64,000 bases of DNA from Planctomycetota bacterium (GTDB lineage: Bacteria; Planctomycetota; UBA1135; GCA-002686595), in NCBI GenBank assembly GCA_020638875.1, contig JACKHS010000012.1, positions 37,115 through 101,114 on the forward strand, read 5' to 3'. The position numbers and the translations under genes were made by a program. The stretch's first letter is position 1. Each line of letters opens with the position of its first letter. Positions 28,401 through 36,900 of this stretch are shown here, in pieces. The notes beneath the pieces were generated by a model, which saw only the letters and a program-made list of their open reading frames with translations, ran no database searches and had not been told where the DNA came from.

Positions 28401-29230
28401 GCGTGCCGCTGACCGTGCGCTTCACGCCGACCGGCGCGGGCCTGCACGCCTGCACGCTGACGATCCAGACGAACGACCCGTTGCGGCCGGAGGTCGCCGT
28501 CCACCTCACCGGCACCGCCAAGCCGGTGTCGGTCGACGTGCCGGCCGAGGTGGGCTTCCCGCCCACGGTGATCCAGGAGCTGAGCGACTGCCGGTCGTAC
28601 ATGCCCTACCCGATCACCAACAACGGCGATTGCCCGGTCACCATCTCCGACGTCTACCTCGTGCAGACCGGCACGGACTACTCGTTCGTGAACCTGCCCG
28701 GGCTGCCGGTCACGCTGCTGCCCGGCGAGACGCTCGGCGACGGCCAGCTCCAAATCTGCTTCGCGCCGACCTTCGTGTTCCGCCACATCGCGGCCGAGGC
28801 GGAGGTGAAGTGGATCTCGAACGACCCGTTGGTCGGCGACGAGGACACCTTCACCACCAAGCTCTGCGGTGAGGGCGTTCGCACCGGCCTGCGGATCCTC
28901 GTGAAGGAGAACGGTGTCCCCGTTCCTCTGGTGCAGAAGATCGACCTCTTCTACGTGGTCAACGTGGACACGCCGGAGGAGTCGCTCGGCACCGTCAGCA
29001 TCGACCGCTTCGTCCACCTCGTGGACGTGCCGGACCACGCTCCGTGTCCCGCCTTCCAGTACCACCGCGAGTGGGGCGGCGAGACCGATCCGACCGCGCT
29101 GGCTCCCGGCACCTACCGGGTGTGGGTGCGGTACATCGCCTCCGACGGGCTCGAGCACTCCACCGCGGTGGACTTCGTGTTCGGGCTGTGCGACTTCGAG
29201 GGTGACTACGTGATCCACTTCGACATCTGA
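25487..29230 (+). CDS. large secreted S8 subtilase with double pro-region, P-like domain, multiple choice-of-anchor-D/ASH-type Ig repeats and a distinctive C-terminal domain (paralog 1)
   Basis: SD gaggaggag lies upstream. The start is ATG 25487 or GTG 25484. Signal peptide ..LSAGSATAQS. Catalytic motifs are GIWDIGD (Asp), NDHSTHVAGT (His), SSGNDGN (Asn) and GGTSMSTPVVTG (Ser). Repeated blocks such as LTIFNLGGGNLNV..FVLVPGGHVDLVVRF.P...G...ATLNIFTNDPDEP are typical of choice-of-anchor D domains. Confidence 0.85.
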   Translation: MRSDTRRVGLRLSLVLGALGLTLSAGSATAQSRVYFDATSKDAQRAAAGALERDYLVDVGPRLIAPDRNTSVDLSKGTADVYLQFERSLSLRERGAYQLEGVVFQQAMRGHTYRAMLTRQAAPRLRADPLFRGIEPVLPVDRLSRGLWEDSVSPNVRHADGSVDAFVRFHPRVTLRRAQALLEEWGVRYQQTDSFLLGHRLEVDVTHGQALVLAESDLVVRLYESGPPKGADNANAAILSHVDLVQAPPYNLSGAGEILGIWDIGDVRTDHEQLTGRVVLHDFSGVNDHSTHVAGTLIGDGTGNGAAKGMAPGAAQLHSYDFQGDTANEMLLSWFNDVIQYANHSWGHVIGWDQGIDMGFSSWFGLYESTAEDWDDLVRMTDLLVQKSSGNDGNDCNASGTLCDGVAGADGFRYHTIPSFGVAKNVITVGAVNAAAILTGFSSTGPTDDNRIKPDVVAKGDFTTSAWAQGATISGPCDGLDYCGIGGTSMSTPVVTGGIALITEQYRDVYSNYNPPADLIKAVVVNTAIDEGRFGPDYAYGHGLFNALAAVDTVQVGPSRILRDTIDSGHTKRYTLLVPENLPMLRVTGAWTDYPGLPNSSDPDLVNDLDFKLIDHNGNVYWPFSGPTGLPTDPATNTGPNTVDNVEAFMVPGPPSGVWTVEVKATSTPFSPQDFALVCNAPLWLDTIPDIEVVDRMIFDYTCPAGAAVPEEQDLTIFNLGGGNLNVDNVFVFGVGADFQLASEPSPPFVLVPGGHVDLVVRFVPDTIGMKLATLNIFTNDPDEPVRVVELSGLAAAPLLTVTLEGKGEFGNVLLGERELRELQVVNHGLCDLVLNDLQRLSGSAAFSVGELPGHPDFPITLFPGEHLLIPFEYAPTDFGPAFAQMQLTSNDLKTPSLVFPLHGTCPPPVLTISGDLAFGDVCADGGAERTIQVCNTGASDLIVIDASLSSGCTDFEIVGDPFPAAVSHDFCVPLTVRFTPTGAGLHACTLTIQTNDPLRPEVAVHLTGTAKPVSVDVPAEVGFPPTVIQELSDCRSYMPYPITNNGDCPVTISDVYLVQTGTDYSFVNLPGLPVTLLPGETLGDGQLQICFAPTFVFRHIAAEAEVKWISNDPLVGDEDTFTTKLCGEGVRTGLRILVKENGVPVPLVQKIDLFYVVNVDTPEESLGTVSIDRFVHLVDVPDHAPCPAFQYHREWGGETDPTALAPGTYRVWVRYIASDGLEHSTAVDFVFGLCDFEGDYVIHFDI

Positions 29231-29776
29231 ACCGGGTGGGGCGGACCTCTGCCCGGAGGCCCCCCCACCCTCGACCCGTAGCGAGCCGAACGAGGAGGTG
29301 CAGGCGCGGGGCGGCGACGCCCACGCGCACGAGCCCGGTCTCTTCAGGAACGCGCGCGCCTGTCACCGCGACTCGGTGGCTGGCAGTGCTGCGCGACTCC
29401 TGGCGACGCAGGCGACCCCGAACGGGTCGTCGAGGACGCCGGGAGCCGCGAACGGCGGGTCGCGCCCCTCTCGCGGGGCGCGGCCCGCCGCGCGTTTGCC
29501 GGGAGACGAGCGGTCCTGCTGCCACGGAATTGCGATTCGCTCGTCGGCCCTCGCGCGCGCTTCGCGGCTCTCCCGAAGCCCACTCCCCGCGGCCTCGACG
29601 AGCCCGCGCAGCGATTGCGAGTTCCTAGTCCCGGCTCCAAGACGGACCGATCAAGTCCGTTGAACGACCCCACCGGGATGGGCAATTCTCCCTACGCTGG
29701 AGCCGTGGGCCGGCGCTCGCCAGGGGGGCGGCGCGCCGGAGCTCGACCCATCTTCATTCATCCAGGAGGAGACCTG

Positions 29777-32700
29777 ATGAGATCCCATACCCAACGCCTC
29801 GGCCGCGCCGGGGCGCTCGTCGCTGGAGTTCTGTCCCTGTATCTCGTGGCCGGCACCGCCGCGGCCCAGACCGAGTCCTACTTCGACCCCGAGGCCAAGG
29901 CGCTGCAACGCGCCTCGGTCGACGCGATCACGCGGGACTACCTGGTCGACGTCGGTCCGCGCCTGATCGCGCCCTCGCGCGACACGGACGTCGACATGAG
30001 CCGCGGCTCGGCCGACGTCTACGTGCAGTTCGAGCGCGCGCTCTCGGCGCACGAGCGCAAGGCCTACCAGCTCGAGGGCGTGGTCTTCGAGCGCGCCATG
30101 CGCGGCCACACGTACCGCGCGCTCGTGCCGCGCCAGGCCATGCGGCGCCTGACGCTCGATCCGCTGTTCCGCGGCATCGAGCCGGTGCTGACCGTCGACC
30201 GCCTGTCCTTCGGCCTGTGGGCCGACGAAGTGGACGCGCGGCACGCGGACGGCTCCGTCGACGCCTTCGCCCGCTTCCACCCGAGCGTCTCGCTCGAGCG
30301 CGCGCACGCGCTGCTCGACCGCTGGGGGGTGCGCTACGACCACGACGCCGACTTCCTGTTCGGCAAGCGCGTCGCGGTCAACGTGACGCACGGCCAGGCG
30401 CTCGTGCTCGCCGAGGACCCGAGCATCGTGCGCGTGTTCGAGCTGCCGCCTCCGCCGAAGGAGGACAACGTGGTCGCCGCGGCCCTGTCGAACATCGACG
30501 ACGTGCAAGCGGCACCCTACAACCTCGACGGCGCGGGTGAGATCGTCGGCATCTGGGACGGCGGCGACGTGCGTCCCGACCACGAGCAGCTCACCGGGCG
30601 CGTGTTCCTGCACGACGGTGCGGGCAACAACGACCACTCGACCCACGTCGCCGGCACGATGATCGGCGACGGCACCGGCAACCCGGCGGCCCTGGGGATG
30701 GCGCCCGGTGTCGCGGAGCTGCACTCGTACGACTTCAACGGCGACCCCACCACCGAGATGCTCGGCGCGTGGTTCAGCTTCGCCATCCAGTACGCGAACC
30801 ACTCGTGGGGCAGCGTGCTCGGCTGGGACCAAGGTTCCGACACCGGCAACGCCGGTGAGTTCGGCAACTACAACTCCACGGCCGAGGACTGGGACGACCT
30901 GGTCCAGGTGACCCAACTGCTCGTGCAGAAGTCGGCCGGCAACGACGGCAACGACTGCGACGCCGGCGGCACGAACTGCGACGGCGTGGCCGGGGCCGAC
31001 GGGTACCGCTACGACACGATCGGCACGCAGGGCAACGCGAAGAACATCATCACGGTCGGCGCCGTCAACGGCACCCCGGTCCTGACCGGCTTCTCCTCCT
31101 GCGGCCCGACCGACGACAAGCGCATCAAGCCGGACATCGTGGCCAAGGGCGACTCGCTGATCTCGGCGTGGGCGCAAGGCGTGACCCTCAACAGCTGCGG
31201 TCTCGGCACCGACTACTGCGCGATCGGCGGCACGTCGATGTCCACGCCGACGACGACGGGCGGCATCGTGCTGATCACCGACCAGTACCGCGACATCTAC
31301 TCACAAGCCAACCCGCGCCCCGACGTGATCAAGGCGCTGGTGGTCAACACCGCGCGTGACCAAGGCCGCTTCGGCCCCGACTACGCCTACGGTCACGGTC
31401 TGCTCGACGTGCAGGCGGCGGTCGACGTGGTGCAAGTGGGCCCGTCGCGCATCCTGACCGACGAGCTCGAGACCGGCTTCACGAAGAGCTACCTGATGCT
31501 CGTCCGCGACGGCCAGCCGCAACTGCGCGTGACCGCCGCCTGGACCGACGAGCCCGGCGTCGCGGACTCCAGCGACCCGGACCTCGTCAACAACCTCGAC
31601 TTCAAGCTGATCGCGCCCAACGGCGCGGTGTTCTGGCCGTTCTCGGGTCCCACGGGCCTGCCCACGGATCCGGCGACCGCCACCGCCGCCAACACGGTCG
31701 ACAACGTCGAGGCGTTCATCGTGAACAACCCGCAGACCGGCGTGTGGACGATCCAAGGCAAGGGCCAGTCGGTGCCGTTCGGCCCGCAGGCGTTCGCCTT
31801 GGTGTGCAACTCGCCGCTCTGGCTCGACACCATCCCCGACATCGAGGTGGTGAACGAGATCACGTTCGACCACGCGTGCACGAACCAAGGTGACGTGCCG
31901 CAGGAGAAGACGCTGTCGATCTTCAACCTCGGCGGCGGCAACCTGCACATCAACGACGTGCAACTGACCGCGGGCTCTCCGCAGTTCGAGCTGCTCGACC
32001 GTCCGTCCCCGCCGTTCGTGCTGGTCCCCGGCGCGCACATCGAGCTGATCGTGAAGTTCACGCCGACGCTCGCGGGCATCCACACGGGCACGATCGAGAT
32101 CTCGAGCAACGACCCCGACGAAGGCCTGCGCACCGTCGAGCTCTCCGGCCTCGCGGCCGTGCCGCTCATGACCGTCACGCTCGAGGGCAAGGGCGAGTTC
32201 GGCGACATCCAGCTCGGACACCGCGAGAACCGCGAGCTGCAGGTCGTCAACCACGGCCTGTGCAACCTCGTGCTGATCGACCTGCAGCAGCTGTCCGGCA
32301 GCAGCGAGTTCTCCGTGGGCGGGATCCCCGGGCACCCGGGCTTCCCGATCACGCTGTTCCCGGGCGAGCACATCATGATCCCGTTCGAGTACGCGCCGAC
32401 CGACTTCGGCCCGGACTTCGCGCAGATGCAGCTCTCGACGAACGACACCAAGAAGCCGGTGTTGATCTTCCCGCTGCACGGCGAGTGCTCGCCGCCGATC
32501 CTCACGACCTCCGGCGACTTCCACTTCGGTGAGGTCTGCCCGGACGAGCAGCCCGAGCGCACGATGCAGATCTGCAACACGGGCTGGAGCGACCTCGAGG
32601 TGACCGACGCGAGCATCGAGTTCGGTTGCACGGACTTCGAGATCGTCGGCAACCCGTTCCCCGCGACGGTCAGCCACGACTTCTGCATGCCGCTGACGGT

Positions 32701-33514
32701 GCGCTACACGCCCACCGGTGTCGGCACGCACGTCTGCACGCTGACGATCCAGACGAACGATCCGCTGCGCCCGCAGCTCATCGTCAACCTCGTCGGCACC
32801 ACCAAGCCGGTGTCGGTCGACGTGCCGGCCGAGGTGGGCTTCCCGCCCACGGTGATCCAGTCGGTGAGCGACTGCCGCTCCTACATGCCGTACCCGATCA
32901 CCAACAACGGCGACTGCCCGGTGACGATCACCGAGGTCAACCTGGTGCAGACCGGCACGGACTACTCGTTCGTGAACCTGCCCGGGCTGCCGGTCACGCT
33001 GCTGCCCGGCGAGACGCTCGGCGACGGCCAGCTCCAGATCTGCTTCGCGCCGACCTTCGTGTTCCGCCACATCGCGGCCGAGGCGGAGGTGAAGTGGATC
33101 TCGAACGATCCGCTGATGGGCGACGAGGACACCTTCACCACCAAGCTCTGCGGTGAGGGCGTTCGCACCGGCCTGCGCATCCTCGTGAAGGAGAACGGAG
33201 TGCCCGTGGCGCAGGTCCACAAGATCGACCTGTTCTACGTGGTCAACCCGGGCACCGCCCAGGAGTCGCTCGGCACCGTCACCGCCCAGCGCTTCGTGAA
33301 CCTGGTCGACGTCCCGGAGCACGCGCCGTGCCCGGCCTTCCAGTTCCACCGCGAGTGGGGCGGGGAGACCGACCCGACCGGGCTGACCCCCGGCACCTAC
33401 CGCGTCTGGGTCCGCATCCAGGGCTCCGACGGCCTCGAGCACTCCATCGCGGTGGACTTCGTGCTCGGGCTCTGCGACTTCGAGGGTGACTACGTGATCG
33501 ACTTCAATATCTGA
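29777..33514 (+). CDS. large secreted S8 subtilase, tandem paralog 2 of 25487..29230
   Basis: SD aggagga lies 6 nt before the ATG at 29777 (MRSHTQRLG..). The first 54 codons of track ORF 29615.. are discounted. The architecture and catalytic motifs match paralog 1 (GIWDGGD, NDHSTHVAGT, SAGNDGN, GGTSMSTPTTTG). The two are collinear, with a 4284-4290 nt offset. Confidence 0.85.
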   Translation: MRSHTQRLGRAGALVAGVLSLYLVAGTAAAQTESYFDPEAKALQRASVDAITRDYLVDVGPRLIAPSRDTDVDMSRGSADVYVQFERALSAHERKAYQLEGVVFERAMRGHTYRALVPRQAMRRLTLDPLFRGIEPVLTVDRLSFGLWADEVDARHADGSVDAFARFHPSVSLERAHALLDRWGVRYDHDADFLFGKRVAVNVTHGQALVLAEDPSIVRVFELPPPPKEDNVVAAALSNIDDVQAAPYNLDGAGEIVGIWDGGDVRPDHEQLTGRVFLHDGAGNNDHSTHVAGTMIGDGTGNPAALGMAPGVAELHSYDFNGDPTTEMLGAWFSFAIQYANHSWGSVLGWDQGSDTGNAGEFGNYNSTAEDWDDLVQVTQLLVQKSAGNDGNDCDAGGTNCDGVAGADGYRYDTIGTQGNAKNIITVGAVNGTPVLTGFSSCGPTDDKRIKPDIVAKGDSLISAWAQGVTLNSCGLGTDYCAIGGTSMSTPTTTGGIVLITDQYRDIYSQANPRPDVIKALVVNTARDQGRFGPDYAYGHGLLDVQAAVDVVQVGPSRILTDELETGFTKSYLMLVRDGQPQLRVTAAWTDEPGVADSSDPDLVNNLDFKLIAPNGAVFWPFSGPTGLPTDPATATAANTVDNVEAFIVNNPQTGVWTIQGKGQSVPFGPQAFALVCNSPLWLDTIPDIEVVNEITFDHACTNQGDVPQEKTLSIFNLGGGNLHINDVQLTAGSPQFELLDRPSPPFVLVPGAHIELIVKFTPTLAGIHTGTIEISSNDPDEGLRTVELSGLAAVPLMTVTLEGKGEFGDIQLGHRENRELQVVNHGLCNLVLIDLQQLSGSSEFSVGGIPGHPGFPITLFPGEHIMIPFEYAPTDFGPDFAQMQLSTNDTKKPVLIFPLHGECSPPILTTSGDFHFGEVCPDEQPERTMQICNTGWSDLEVTDASIEFGCTDFEIVGNPFPATVSHDFCMPLTVRYTPTGVGTHVCTLTIQTNDPLRPQLIVNLVGTTKPVSVDVPAEVGFPPTVIQSVSDCRSYMPYPITNNGDCPVTITEVNLVQTGTDYSFVNLPGLPVTLLPGETLGDGQLQICFAPTFVFRHIAAEAEVKWISNDPLMGDEDTFTTKLCGEGVRTGLRILVKENGVPVAQVHKIDLFYVVNPGTAQESLGTVTAQRFVNLVDVPEHAPCPAFQFHREWGGETDPTGLTPGTYRVWVRIQGSDGLEHSIAVDFVLGLCDFEGDYVIDFNI

Positions 33515-33557
33515 ACCGGGTCCGGCGGCCCTCCGCCGACCGACCCCACCCTCGGCC

Positions 33558-33592
33558 GGGGGCGTCGCCACGTGCGGCGCCCCCGGTTTGTT
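33558..33592 (+). terminator. rho-independent terminator after subtilase paralog 2
   Basis: gggggcgtcgc-cacgt-gcggcgccccc is an 11-bp stem with one G-U pair, followed by ggtttgtt. It begins 44 nt after the stop. Confidence 0.65.
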
Positions 33593-33772
33593 CCATGAAG
33601 GTCCTGTTTTTTCTGGTTTCCGGGGTACCGCGAACGGCGAGGTGGATCGAAGCTGTTGCTGCCGGGGACTCACGTCGCCGGCACAACGTCTCTTTCGATG
33701 GAAGGGCGGCCCTCGGGCCGGCCCAGCGGCGTCGAGCTCACTCTCCCCCCCACTCCCCCCCGGGCTCGACGT

Positions 33773-33813
33773 GCGAGACCCCGCGGCACCCGGCCGCGGG
33801 GTCTCGCGTTTTC
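33773..33813 (+). terminator. second strong hairpin plus T-run (plus-strand orientation)
   Basis: gcgagaccccgcgg-cacccgg-ccgcggggtctcgc is a perfect 14-bp stem followed by gtttt. No annotated plus-strand gene lies between this hairpin and the terminator at 33558. Confidence 0.55.
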
Positions 33814-33825
33814 CGGGCCCCTCGC

Positions 33826-33893
33826 GGCCCCCCCCGCGGCCCCCCGCGGCCCCCCAGGCCCCCCAGGCCCCCCAGGCCCCCCAGGCCCCCCGG
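33826..33893. repeat. C-tract tandem repeat (GGCCCCCCA x4-5 preceded by GCGGCCCCCC units); G6 tracts on minus strand
   Basis: Seven C6-C8 runs with 9-10 nt periodicity lie directly after the stop (33911-33913) of the minus-strand ECF-fusion gene. Two more C7 runs are at 33745-33761. Confidence 0.9.
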
Positions 33894-33910
33894 CGGCCGC
33901 CGCGCGCCCG

Positions 33911-36900
33911 TCAGGGCACGGTCAGCAGCACCTCGGCCCCGGCCCCGCCCGTCTGGCGCGTCTCGACCAGCCGCGGCGGCTGCCCGGGCTCGGCCGCGAA
34001 GACGCGGAAGGTGCGCCGGGCGCAGACCGGCCGGAGCAGCTCGAAGCGCCCCTCCGCGTCGGTCTGGCTCAGGCCCTGGTCCTGGCCGAGCAGGAACTCC
34101 CCCCCCGCCACGGGCGTCACGCACTCCACGGACACGGTCGCCTCGGCCAGCGGGGTGCCGTCGGCGCGCCGGACGGAGCCGTACACCCGCTCGGTCGCGA
34201 GCGCGCGCGAGCGCGTCAGGGCCAGCTCGAGCCAGCCGGCCTCCCCGGGCGCGGCCCGCGGCCGGAAGCGCAGCCCGGCGTAGTCCGAGTCGAACTCGTA
34301 CCAGCGGTTGCGCTCGGGGTTCTGGTGGAAGCTGAGCAGGTGCGAGCAGTCCGCGAGCCCGGTCAGCTCGAAGCGACCGGCCTCGTCGGTCACGACCGAG
34401 GCGATGACGTCGGGCTGGTCGCCACCCGTCTCGGGATCGGCGAAGACGCGCACGCCCGCGAGCGGCGCCCCGCCGGCGTCGCTGAGGCGTCCCGCGTAGC
34501 GCTCGCCGCCCTGCGCGAGGTGCAGCTCGCAGCCGTCGGGCGCGTCCTTGGGGATCGGCACCATGTAGGTGCGACGGTCGGGGCCCGCGAACTCGAGGAC
34601 CCAGTGATCGCTGGCGAGGTCGAGCGGGACGCGCCCGCTCGGCTCCACCGCGACCCAGCTCATGCCCTGGTAGCGCGCGCGCCAGGCGCTCGGGTCGCCG
34701 CCGTCGGGCGTCACGAGGCGCGCGTACCGCGGCCCGGTCGAGGCCGGCAGCGCCACGGTCACCTCGCGCTCCTCGCCGCGCGCGAGCGGCACCTCGACCA
34801 TGTCGTCGAAGGTGTAGGTCGCGCCGACGACCGCCTCGGGCACGAGCACGCGGAACGTCCCCGGCGCCAGGCCCGCGAAGGCGAGCGCCCCCGCGGCGTC
34901 CGTCCCGCCGTGCTGCTGCTGGCCGTGCTCGTCGTGCAGCACGACCACGCGCCCGCCGGCCGGGCGGCCCTCGCCGTCGACGACGACGACGGTGATGCCG
35001 CCCATGTGCTCGACGTCGACCTCGACGGGCTCGGGGTGCGGCAGGTCGATCGGCTCGTGGTACAGGCGCGCGCCGTCGCGCACGCGCAGCACGTACGCGC
35101 CCGGCGGCGCGCTCAGGGCGAAGTCGCCGTGCTCGTCCACGCGCACACCGTCGACGAGCGCGTCGTCGGTCTCGCCCCACATCAGGCGGCTGCGCGCGAG
35201 CAGTGCCGCCGTCGCCCCCTCCCCCGGGCGTCCGTCGCGCAGCACGCGCCCCGCGAGCCGCGGCGTCGCGCCGCGCCGCAGGCGCACCTCGAGCTCACCC
35301 TGGTGCACGAGGTCGACGACCTGCAGCGAAGTGCCCTCGTAGCCCTCCGCCCAGACGGTGAGCCTCATGGTCTTGTCCGAGTTGTAGCGCAGGAACACCG
35401 CTTCGCCGGGCACGGCCAGGCGACCGCCCGGTGCCTCGAAGGCGCCGCCCCACAGCACGTACCCGTTGGCGAGCTCGCGGCCGAGCAAGCGCACGCGCTC
35501 GATCGGCGCCCCGTCCGCGTCGTCGACGACGTGCAGGTACGGCTGCCGCTCCAGGTAGAGGGCGACCTCCTCCCCGACCGGGTAGCTCATGGACATCGAG
35601 AACCCCCACCCCGCGTCGAGGACGTCCACCGAGACCGTGTCGGCGGCGACCTCGACCGCGAAGCTGCCGTCGGCGGCGGTGGTGGTCGTCCAGGTGCCGA
35701 GCCCCTCGATGTCCTCGGCGGTGTGCACGACCTTGCCGTCCTCCGGCCAGACCTGCACGTCGGGCACGCGGCACGCGGAGAAGGCGAGGCGCACGGGCTC
35801 GGCCGGCGGCTCGAGCGTCGTCGCGATGTAGACGCGGCCGCGCATCACGCGCGTGCGCCAGAGGGCGAGGGTGACCTCCTCGCCCGCGGCCGGCGCGCCG
35901 CGGTACCGCGCGCCGTAGCCCGCGAGCACGACCTCGAGCAACGCGCCGTCCTCGAACGCGGGCAGCGTGAAGCCCCCCTGCGCGTCGGTCGTGGTCTCGG
36001 CGAGCGGCGCGGCGTCCGGCGCCGGCAGGTCGAAGACCGTCAGCGCCTCGGCGCCGAAGCGCGAGGCGTCGTCGAGGCCCTCGACGCGCGGCCAGTCGCC
36101 GCCCGTGCGCCCGCGCGCGCCGCCGTTCGCCTCCTGCTCGTAGAGCGCCGGGTGCGCGCGCAGCGCGGCCGGCAGGGTGGCGCGCGTCGGCGCGAAGAGC
36201 CGCACGCGCGCCCCGGCGAGCGGCGCGCCGTCGGCGGCGTCGAGCACGCGCCCGGTGCCGGTCTCCGCGCCCGCGCGCGCGGCGGCGTCGGCGACGAGCT
36301 CGGCGCGCTCCGGCCGGCTCCGCGCGACGGCGAGCGCTGCGTCGCGCGGCGCCTCCTGCGCACGCGGCGGCGCGACCACGGGCTCCGCCGGGCGAACCGG
36401 CGCTTCGAGGCTCGGCTGCGCGAGGTAGCGCAGGCCGAGCACGGTGAGGACCACCGCGCAGGCGGCGACGAGCAAGACCTTCTGACTCACGATCCAAGCT
36501 CCCAGGGCTGAGGTCACGGCGGTCGCGGCCGCCGTCGCGGCGGCCTCGTCCAGCACGACGTCCCGGACGGCGGCGAGCCCGCGCGGTGCTCCGAGCAGCA
36601 GCGCGAGGCCGCCGACCAGCGAGGCGGGCAGGGCACGGCGCAGGAGCTCGTGCCCGCGGTGCAACTGCACGCGCACGGTGCCCGGGCTGCGCCCGAGCGC
36701 GTGCGCGATCTCCGCCGGCGCCAGACCGTGGCGCAGGCGCAGCACCACGACCGCGCGGTAGGGCTCTTCCAGCCCGTCCACCGCCGCGGCCAGCTCCGCG
36801 GAGAGCTCGCGTCGCTCGAGCGGCGCGTCGGGCGCCTCCTCCTCCGCGCGCTGCAGGCGCTCGGGGTCGAGAGGTCGCGCCGCGCGCCGCCGCGCGTCCG

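Noticed and set aside
25520-33673. Long minus-strand ORFs (25520..29218, 29651..31177, 31301..33673) opposite the two subtilase genes
   Set aside because: Their translations are Arg/Asp/Val/Gly-rich with no motifs. They mirror the plus-strand genes, which have complete S8 catalytic sets. The duplicated small antisense ORFs (28678..28884 and 32962..33222) are identical only because the sense tract is duplicated.
33826-33893. Tandem repeat considered as a CRISPR array
   Set aside because: The units are 9-10 nt and contiguous with no spacers, and no cas genes are in the window. This is a simple sequence repeat.
33588-36511. Plus-strand ORFs with PPRPPRPPRPP / GPPGPPGPPG collagen-like stretches
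   Set aside because: The proline repeats are simply the translation of the GGCCCCCCA tandem repeat. Downstream these ORFs are antisense to the ECF-fusion gene and low-complexity.
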